DNA of 32,000 nucleotides, taken from an uncultured Chloroflexia bacterium. GTDB lineage: Bacteria; Chloroflexota; Ktedonobacteria; Ktedonobacterales; JADMIN01. The position numbers and the translations under genes are program-made. This document shows positions 7,089 through 14,376 of the stretch, in pieces. The stretch covers positions 60,001 to 92,000 of the forward strand of contig CAVRAI010000007.1 of NCBI GenBank assembly GCA_963718915.1, read 5' to 3'. A model generated the notes under the pieces. That model was given only the letters and a program-made list of their open reading frames with translations. It was not told where the DNA came from and made no database searches. The stretch's first letter is position 1. Each line of letters starts with the position of its first letter.

Positions 7089-8723
7089 ATGGCGAACACG
7101 ACGAGCGCAAAGAATGCCAGGAAAACGACCAGGCGATCAACGGCTAAGAAAGCGCCCTGGTACGTCTCAACCACCATCCCATACGTCAACGCCAATCCGC
7201 ATATCGGCCACGCGCTGGAGTATGTGCTGACCGACGCGCTGGCCCGCTACCATCGGCGTGTCGGGGACGATGTCTTTTTTCTGACCGGTACCGACGAGAA
7301 CGCGCTGACTAACGTCCAGAGCGCTGAACGCCTGGGCATCCCCGTAGCGGAGCTGGTCGAGCGCAACTCGACGCGTTTCCGCGAGCTGGCCGAGACGCTC
7401 GAAACGTCATTCGACGATTTCATCCGCACCAGCGCCGACCCGCGTCATACTCCCGGCGTCCACCGGCTGTGGGAGGCGTGCGTCCGGAGCGGTGATATCT
7501 ACAAGCGCCACTATCACGGGCTGTACTGCGTCCGCTGCGAATTGTTCTATCGCGAGGATGAGCTGGTGGATGGCCTCTGCCCGATTCACCATATCCCACC
7601 CGAGGAGGTCGAGGAGGAGAACTACTTCTTCCGCCTCTCACGCTACGCCGACCAACTGGAGCAATTGATCGCCTCAGATACGCTGCGGGTTGTGCCAGAG
7701 ACGCGCAAGAATGAGGTGCTCAGCTTCATTCGTCGCGGTCTGGAAGACTTCAGCGTCTCGCGCTCACGTGAACGCGCACACGGCTGGGGCGTTCCGGTGC
7801 CGGGCGATCCCGCGCAGGTGATCTACGTCTGGTACGACGCACTGGGCAACTACATCACCGCGCTGGGCTACGCCGACGATGGCCCGCTCTACCAGCGCTA
7901 CTGGCAGGAGAATCCCCGGCGTCTGCACGTTTTGGGGAAGGATGTCATCCGCTTCCATGCCGTCTACTGGCCCGCGATGCTGCTTTCGGCGCAGGTTCCG
8001 CTGCCGACGACGGTGCTGGTGCATGGCTTTATCACCAGCGGCGGCCAGAAGATGAGCAAGTCGCTCGGCAACGTGGTGGATCCCGCGCGGATTGCGGCGG
8101 ACTACGGCGTCGAACCGCTGCGCTACTTCCTCTTGCGCGAGATCAGCCCGTTTACCGATAGCGACTTCACGCTGGAGCGGTTTCTGCGCGCCTGTAATAC
8201 CGACCTGGCCGACCAGCTTGGCAATCTGCTCAACCGCACCATCAGCATGCTCCAGCGCTACACCGATGGCGTGATTCCCGCGTCCGGCCCGTTGACGTCC
8301 GCCGAGCAATCGCTCATCGCGCGGGCGCAAGCGCTCCCCGGCCTGGTGGATGTCGCCGTGCGGGCGTACTCGTCGAACGAGGCGCTGGCGGCCATCTGGG
8401 ATCTGATCGGGACGGCGAACCGCTACGTGGCCGAGACGGAGCCGTGGGCGCTGGCGAAGGCGCGCAAAGCGGGCGACGAGGAGGCGGCTCGGCGACTGGA
8501 TACCGCGCTCTACACGCTGGCGGAAACGCTGCGACTGGTGGCGCAGCTACTCGTGCCGTTCCTGCCGGGGACCGCCACAAAGATCGCCGCGCAACTGGGC
8601 ATCGCGCTAGACGACAGCGCACTGTGGGCCGATGTCGCCGTCTGGGGTCAGCTTCCGGCGGGGACGCGAGTCCAGCCTGGCCCACTGCTCTTCCGCAAGT
8701 GGGAGATAGTGGATGAAGCGTGA
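7089..8723 (+). CDS. metG: Methionine--tRNA ligase (class I aaRS)
   Basis: 544 aa. It has the HIGH motif (NANPHIGHALE), the KMSKS motif (GGQKMSKSLGN), WYDALGNYITALGY, a Cys-containing CP knuckle (CVRCELFY..LCPIH) and a short basic N-terminal extension. Confidence 0.93.
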   Translation: MANTTSAKNARKTTRRSTAKKAPWYVSTTIPYVNANPHIGHALEYVLTDALARYHRRVGDDVFFLTGTDENALTNVQSAERLGIPVAELVERNSTRFRELAETLETSFDDFIRTSADPRHTPGVHRLWEACVRSGDIYKRHYHGLYCVRCELFYREDELVDGLCPIHHIPPEEVEEENYFFRLSRYADQLEQLIASDTLRVVPETRKNEVLSFIRRGLEDFSVSRSRERAHGWGVPVPGDPAQVIYVWYDALGNYITALGYADDGPLYQRYWQENPRRLHVLGKDVIRFHAVYWPAMLLSAQVPLPTTVLVHGFITSGGQKMSKSLGNVVDPARIAADYGVEPLRYFLLREISPFTDSDFTLERFLRACNTDLADQLGNLLNRTISMLQRYTDGVIPASGPLTSAEQSLIARAQALPGLVDVAVRAYSSNEALAAIWDLIGTANRYVAETEPWALAKARKAGDEEAARRLDTALYTLAETLRLVAQLLVPFLPGTATKIAAQLGIALDDSALWADVAVWGQLPAGTRVQPGPLLFRKWEIVDEA

Positions 8724-9007
8724 CAGAGGTGCTACGCCATACGTATGATGATGTATCGATGCGATAGAGATTGAGGCGCATACTGAGAGAGTGTGCGCCC
8801 ATGCTCATGGTGTTCGTGACGTTGGCGGGACAGCATTTCACTCGCATGCATCCTCATCCACGGCTTCGCGTCAGCGATAAGGACATCTCACCAACGTCCC
8901 GGCACACTGCTCCATCGCTTCATGCCGCCTCGTCGCGCCCGCCGGCTCGATATTCACTCCGCGACGCTCAACCCCTGGCCAGTTGCTCACAAGGAGGATC
9001 CTTCACC

Positions 9008-12000
9008 ATGTCACTCAGCGGCAAACTTGAAACCTGGCGTAATGATCTCATTGATATGAGCCGCCGGAATCCGATGCTCTATTACAAGAGTGAAGGCTAT
9101 CGCGCCGCGGGCATTCAATTCCTTCCTGAAAGTCCAAGCGCGCTGTTTGCGCAACTCCGCGGTCGTCCTGGCACTGTTGCCCTCAGTGAGATCCCTTGCG
9201 CGCTCTCACCAGAAGACCTGGAACGACGTCCACTGAGCCTCAGGCTGCTCCGACTCTACCTGCGGGTGCGTGAGGATGAGCGGGATCGCGGCATCAGAAC
9301 CCTCTATCTGGCGTTTGGGGTGCTTGAATGGTATGAATCCCCATCCAGTCAGGAGGCGATACATTCACCGCTCATCTTCCTGCCGGTAAAGCTGGAGTAC
9401 AAACGGGCGACAGATTCTTTCACATTGAAATTTGTCGAAGACATCGAATGCGAAATCAATCCGACGTTACGTGAATATCTGAATTATGGATTCAAGATTA
9501 CTCTGCCCACCTTCAGCGAAGTGATCTCTGATGACCCTGATGTCCCGGTGACGCTTGACGCCATCTTGCGGGGAATCGGGGAGGCGCTGCCACAGCAGGG
9601 CGGGTCGCTTCAGGATGAACGCTGGACTATTCATCCTGAGGTACATCTTGGCAGGTTCGCTTTCCAAAAACTGGTGATGTATCAGGATTTGCGGCGCCAT
9701 GCCTCCGAGGTTCTAGCGCATCCTCTCCTTCAGGTATTGGGCGGTGAGGCGGTTCTGCCAGCGCCCACTTCCTGGTTGCCATCACCACGCGAGTTTGATG
9801 ACAACATTCATCCACAACGTGTCCTGGAGATTCTTGACGCCGATTCCAGCCAGCAGGAGGCTATCCAATGGGCCAAGGCTGATGTCAGTTTTGTGCTGAA
9901 GGGTCCGCCAGGAACCGGGAAGAGTCAGACCATCGCCAACATCATCGCGGTGACATTGGGGCAGGGGAAGAAGGTGCTCTTCGTCAGCGAAAAGATGGCC
10001 GCGCTCGATGTCGTGCGCACGCGACTTCAGCAAGTGGGCCTCGGCGATTTCTGCCTTGACCTTCACAGTTCACAGACAGACTCCGCGCAGAAGTCAGCGT
10101 TCTTCAACGCGCTTAAAACCTCGCTCGACGATGTTTCGCGACCACCAGAAGAGCGCAGTGACGGTAGTTGGGCGCTCCAGTCGTCGAACCTGGAGCGACA
10201 GCGCAGGGAACTGAACAGTTACGTGAGGGAATTGCACCAACCGCGCCAGCCGCTGGGGAAATCAGCATTCTGGGCATACGCCGAACTTGCCAGACTCGCC
10301 GACGCCCCTGACTTTGACTTTGCGATCCCAAACGTTGATGCGATAACTCCGGATCAGTTCGACGCGAAGCTACGGACAATCAACGCGCTTGATGCCTGTC
10401 GCGATGTGCTGGACACCTACGAAACGCATCCCTGGCGCGAGACGCGGGCCACGAGCCATTCACTGGAATTAGAATCGAACATTCGCGACCATTACACGCG
10501 CCTCTCGGCCAACCTGCGCACGCTGCATGACGCGCTTGCCGCGATGGTCAAACTGCTCGGAGAACACGCCGCCATTAATTTCGCCTGGATGGACTTTATT
10601 GTACGGCATGCGGAGGTGGTGTTGGAGAGTCCACTCCCGCTGGGCGCGTGGCTCAGCCGTGAAGAACTGGCGCGGCTCCGACCACAGGTGGCGGATATGG
10701 TTGCGCGGTCGCGGGAATATTTAGCGTGGATCGCTCAATTCACACCGGTATACAACCGCGCGTTGCTCGCCGAAGATCTGACGACGTTGCAAGAGTCGCT
10801 CAGCGAGGAAAACGCCCAGAAGATAGCCAGCCTGCGTGACGAGATGGAATCGCCCCGCGATACCGCGATTGCGCAGCATGACGAACTCGATAAGCGCCTC
10901 ACGGCTGCGAGCCGCGCACTGGCGGCCATTCCGCCAGTGGCCAATACCCTGGCGGAACTGTGCGGCGCTGAGCAACCAGAGACGTTAGGCGAGACGAAAG
11001 GATTGATCGCGCTTGCACGCCATCTCTCGCAGTCTCCCAATCCGCCATCTGAGTGGCTGAATCCATCGAAATTTGCTGTCGTGCGCGCGCTAGCGGCTGA
11101 AGCGCGGGAGCGCTATTGGCAGTGCGCGCAATTACGCGGCGCGCTGGAAGGTGTCTATCAGCCTCAGTTCTTCACACTCGATCTGCATGGTATGGCGGAG
11201 CGCTTCCGCACACAGTATCGCTCGTTTTTCCGTTTCTTGCAGACATCGTATCGTCGCGACATCAAGATGGCGCGCTCGCTCCTGCTGCCAGGACAGACGC
11301 GCACAGCGGCGCAGGTTGAGGCAGATCTGTATCAGGCTGTCAAGCTGCTCGATATGGAGGCGGGGCTAAACGAGAAACGGGTTGACTATGCGCAGACACT
11401 GGATCACTATTTCGATGGCGCGCAGACTGACTGGGAGCAGGTGACTGCTGCCCTACGCTGGGTGACGCAGCTTCACGAGTACCTGGCGGGTATTCCTGTT
11501 TCGTCGGCGATGGCTGCCCTGATAACTGGGCCAGCGAAAGCGTTGCGGGCCATGAACGCCACGCTTGATACACTCGCGCAACTGGTTGCGGCATGGGCGG
11601 ATGAGGAATCCTATTGTGTCAGTCGCGTGTGGGTTTCACGGCTTCTTCCTGGCATCATTATGTTCGATGATGCGGCGCCTGAGCAGGCGTGCGTGGCGCT
11701 TGATGCGCTTCTCAGTGACCTGCGGATATTCTGGCAGGCCGTTGACACCGTTCAACGCCACCGTCATATGCCCCCAGAGCCACACCAGCCTATGTCCTGG
11801 GTGAGCCTCCGCGCTGACGTAGCGCTCGCGCGAGCGATTCAAGCGTTCGAGACGCGCCTGACGGAGAAGGCCGACGAGTATTCCAGCGATTTCGGACGCT
11901 ACTTTACAGGTGTGACGACCAATTGGCAGGCCATTGATGACGCGCTGGCGTGGACAGAGCGTTTCCTGACTCACTACGCTGATCGCGCCGTGCCAGAGCC

Positions 12001-14092
12001 AACCCTGGCGCTCGTCACCGATCCCGAGAATACTGTCGGGCGTGATGAACTTCGCCAGGCGCTTACCATGCTCCAGCAGACGTGGCCACACATGGACGCG
12101 GAACTGACGTTCAGTGATACCGTCCTGGCGCGAACAGCGCTCAATAAGCCTGGGAAGACCTTCGAAACCACTCCCCTTGTGACCCTGGCTGATCATGTTG
12201 ATTTCCATCTGCGCGAACTTCCCGCGTTGCATCGTTGGCTCACCTGCCAGCAACGCCTACACCACTGTGGACAGGTTGGCCTGGACGGTTTCATCGCAAG
12301 CCTGATGCGTCACGGCCCGATTCCCCAGAACCTCGCGGCGATCTTCCAGCGCCGATTCTACAAGCTCTGGCTCGATCATGTGCGTAGCCAGTCGCCAACT
12401 CTCGCCCGCTTCCGGGGCGAGGAGCACTCAGTCGCGATTGACCGTTTCCGCAATCTGGACGCTGGTCATCTGACACTCGCCAGAAGGCGTTTGAACGCTT
12501 TACTGCGGCAACGCCGTCGCCATGCCTTTCAAAGCTCAGCGGGTAAACGCGCCGTGGCGCTCTCGCAGGCGGATCGTGCGCTGCGCCGAGAAGCGCAGAA
12601 GAAACGCCATAGCCCTATACGGGTGACTGTGCGAAAGGCCGCGCGCGCATTGCTCGAACTGAAGCCATGCTGGATGATGAGTCCGCTCAGCGTAAGCCTG
12701 TTTCTCGATTCGGCGGAGCAACTCTTCGACCTGGTCATTTTTGACGAAGCGTCTCAGGTCTGCCCGGAAGACAGCATCTCAGCCATCTTGCGCGGGAAGC
12801 AGCTCATCGTGGTGGGTGATCCAAGGCAGCTTCCGCCGACGCGCTTCTTCTCGAAATCACTGGCCGATGAAAGTGGTGATGAGGATGAGGAAGACGAGGA
12901 GAACGAGCAAAAAGAGCGTACTCAGAGTATCCTGGATGAGTGTCGCGCGTCATCGTTCAACGAGCGCAGCCTCGAGTGGCATTATCGCAGCGCCGACGAA
13001 GCGTTGATCGCGTTCTCCAATCACCACTTTTACGATGATCAGTTGGTGACTTTCCCCAGCCCGCTTGGCGCCACTGGGCAGGGTGTGCGCTTCGAGTACG
13101 TTGAGAACAGCAATTACCGGCGCGGACGAAACACCAACGAGGCCGCGCGAGTGGCGGACATTGTCTTCGATCACCTGCAACAGCATGAAGACCCCTCACT
13201 TGGCATCGTAGCGCTGAGCGCCGCCCAGCAGGAAGCCATCACCGAGGCGCTCGAAAACCGTATCAAGCGCGACCCACGGCTGGAGCCGTATTTTGATGCG
13301 CTGTTTATTGGCAAACCCGATGGCATCTTCATTAAGAATCTGGAAAGCGTCCAGGGCGATGAACGCGACACCATCATTCTGAGCGTGGGGTATGGACCAG
13401 ATGTTGATGGCAACATCTATAAACGCTTTGGTCCAGTCAATAATGCGGGCGGCGAGCGTCGTCTCAATGTCGCGGTGACACGCGCGCGCAAACAGATGAT
13501 CGTCGTCAGCTCTATGCGGGCAAGCGACTTGCCACCTCATATGGCCTCGCTCGGCGCTCGCACCCTGCGTGACTATCTGCTCTATGCGGAGGCGTGCTCG
13601 AATGGCGGCGCGCAAGCCGGGAGGCAGGCGCTTTCCGAGCAGTCTACAGCGAGCGACGAACGAGCCATGCGCCTGACGGAGTCGCGATTTGAGTCACCTT
13701 TCGAGGAGGCTGTCTACAACGCATTAACCGCTCGTGGTCTGATGCTCGATACACAGGTGGGCTGTTCAAGATACCGGATCGATCTGGCAGTGCGCGACCC
13801 AGAGCATCCCGGCGCCTATCTGCTGGGTATCGAGTGTGATGGCGCATCGTACCACTCGTCGAAGACCGCGCGCGACCGCGATCGCCTCCGTCAGTGGCAA
13901 CTGGAACACATGGGCTGGAAGCTGCACCGTATCTGGTCGAGCGACTGGTTTGCCACGCCAACTGTTGAGGTGTTGCGTGTTCTGGATGCCGTGGCTGAGA
14001 TTATGAATAGGCGAGCGGGCGGGGAAATTCGCCGTGGCCTTCAGGCTACGGTGGGCGCTCCCAACGACGACGATATTCAGGATGAAGCGTGA
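9008..14092 (+). CDS. Giant DUF4011-like / Upf1-DNA2-type SF1 helicase / Vsr-DUF559-like endonuclease fusion protein (1694 aa)
   Basis: The ORF-track ORF is 8771..14092. I trim it to ATG 9008, 9 nt after AAGGAGGA (8991-8998).
- N-terminus: LETWRNDLIDMSRRNPMLYY...YLAFGVLEW...LGRFAFQKLVMYQDL.
- Walker A: GPPGTGKSQT (from nt 9901).
- Motif II: IFDEASQV (DEASQ at nt 12743-12757).
- Other helicase motifs: VVGDPRQLPPT, WHYRS, QGDERD, LNVAVTRAR.
- C-terminal PD-(D/E)XK-like module: YRIDLAV...LGIECDGASYHSS...RIWSSDWF. Confidence 0.85.
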   Translation: MSLSGKLETWRNDLIDMSRRNPMLYYKSEGYRAAGIQFLPESPSALFAQLRGRPGTVALSEIPCALSPEDLERRPLSLRLLRLYLRVREDERDRGIRTLYLAFGVLEWYESPSSQEAIHSPLIFLPVKLEYKRATDSFTLKFVEDIECEINPTLREYLNYGFKITLPTFSEVISDDPDVPVTLDAILRGIGEALPQQGGSLQDERWTIHPEVHLGRFAFQKLVMYQDLRRHASEVLAHPLLQVLGGEAVLPAPTSWLPSPREFDDNIHPQRVLEILDADSSQQEAIQWAKADVSFVLKGPPGTGKSQTIANIIAVTLGQGKKVLFVSEKMAALDVVRTRLQQVGLGDFCLDLHSSQTDSAQKSAFFNALKTSLDDVSRPPEERSDGSWALQSSNLERQRRELNSYVRELHQPRQPLGKSAFWAYAELARLADAPDFDFAIPNVDAITPDQFDAKLRTINALDACRDVLDTYETHPWRETRATSHSLELESNIRDHYTRLSANLRTLHDALAAMVKLLGEHAAINFAWMDFIVRHAEVVLESPLPLGAWLSREELARLRPQVADMVARSREYLAWIAQFTPVYNRALLAEDLTTLQESLSEENAQKIASLRDEMESPRDTAIAQHDELDKRLTAASRALAAIPPVANTLAELCGAEQPETLGETKGLIALARHLSQSPNPPSEWLNPSKFAVVRALAAEARERYWQCAQLRGALEGVYQPQFFTLDLHGMAERFRTQYRSFFRFLQTSYRRDIKMARSLLLPGQTRTAAQVEADLYQAVKLLDMEAGLNEKRVDYAQTLDHYFDGAQTDWEQVTAALRWVTQLHEYLAGIPVSSAMAALITGPAKALRAMNATLDTLAQLVAAWADEESYCVSRVWVSRLLPGIIMFDDAAPEQACVALDALLSDLRIFWQAVDTVQRHRHMPPEPHQPMSWVSLRADVALARAIQAFETRLTEKADEYSSDFGRYFTGVTTNWQAIDDALAWTERFLTHYADRAVPEPTLALVTDPENTVGRDELRQALTMLQQTWPHMDAELTFSDTVLARTALNKPGKTFETTPLVTLADHVDFHLRELPALHRWLTCQQRLHHCGQVGLDGFIASLMRHGPIPQNLAAIFQRRFYKLWLDHVRSQSPTLARFRGEEHSVAIDRFRNLDAGHLTLARRRLNALLRQRRRHAFQSSAGKRAVALSQADRALRREAQKKRHSPIRVTVRKAARALLELKPCWMMSPLSVSLFLDSAEQLFDLVIFDEASQVCPEDSISAILRGKQLIVVGDPRQLPPTRFFSKSLADESGDEDEEDEENEQKERTQSILDECRASSFNERSLEWHYRSADEALIAFSNHHFYDDQLVTFPSPLGATGQGVRFEYVENSNYRRGRNTNEAARVADIVFDHLQQHEDPSLGIVALSAAQQEAITEALENRIKRDPRLEPYFDALFIGKPDGIFIKNLESVQGDERDTIILSVGYGPDVDGNIYKRFGPVNNAGGERRLNVAVTRARKQMIVVSSMRASDLPPHMASLGARTLRDYLLYAEACSNGGAQAGRQALSEQSTASDERAMRLTESRFESPFEEAVYNALTARGLMLDTQVGCSRYRIDLAVRDPEHPGAYLLGIECDGASYHSSKTARDRDRLRQWQLEHMGWKLHRIWSSDWFATPTVEVLRVLDAVAEIMNRRAGGEIRRGLQATVGAPNDDDIQDEA
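14009..14073 (+). repeat. Dispersed hairpin repeat, copy B (right half only), embedded in the 3' end of the helicase ORF
   Basis: aggcgagc..ggggaaattcgCCGTGGCCttcaGGCTACGGtgggcgctcccaacgacgacga matches copies C and D. The hairpin is at 14032-14051. Confidence 0.7.
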
Positions 14093-14231
14093 GTTTCACC
14101 GGGCGAAAATCCGCCTGCTTTGGCAGTATGGTACGGTGTTTGCTATAACTGCATTGTAGGCAGGCGGCGCCATTCGTCTACTCGTGGCATGTGACGACCG
14201 GCACAATAGTCATAGGCGGGCCGCGCATTTA

Positions 14232-14260
14232 TTGACGGCAAAGCGCCTGTGCGGTATTCT
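14232..14260 (+). promoter_or_regulatory. Candidate sigma-70-type promoter for the kinase gene (TTGACG-17 nt-TATTCT)
   Basis: -35 TTGACG at 14232-14237, an exact 17-nt spacer, and -10 TATTCT at 14255-14260. It lies about 115 nt upstream of GTG 14377. Confidence 0.35.
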
Positions 14261-14376
14261 GATGGCGCAGCACGGCATTGGAAAATAGCGGAGTAGTACG
14301 CTCTGCACGGGCAATGCACGGGTGACGCATGAGCGATGAGCGATGCTCCGGTGTTGCGTGGATGAAGGAGTAGGAC

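Noticed and set aside
7764-8330. 188-aa - strand ORF inside metG, with similar antisense ORFs at 3941-4507, 14143-14787, 16229-16882, 17629-18222, 28171-28890 and 29689-30378
   Set aside because: All lie antisense to, or out of frame with, motif-supported genes. All have the Arg/Ala/Gly-rich composition expected from GC-rich non-coding frames.
8711-8723. Identical 13-mer GGATGAAGCGTGA at the ends of metG (8711-8723) and the helicase ORF (14080-14092)
   Set aside because: A 13-nt match is expected by chance several times in a 32-kb self-comparison, and there is no flanking similarity.
8771-9007. N-terminal 79-codon extension of the helicase ORF given in the ORF track (start 8771)
   Set aside because: The extension is Arg/Ser/Pro-rich with no protein-like pattern and overlaps the hairpin at 8775-8799. 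A strong AAGGAGGA lies 9 nt before ATG 9008, where the conserved DUF4011-like sequence begins.
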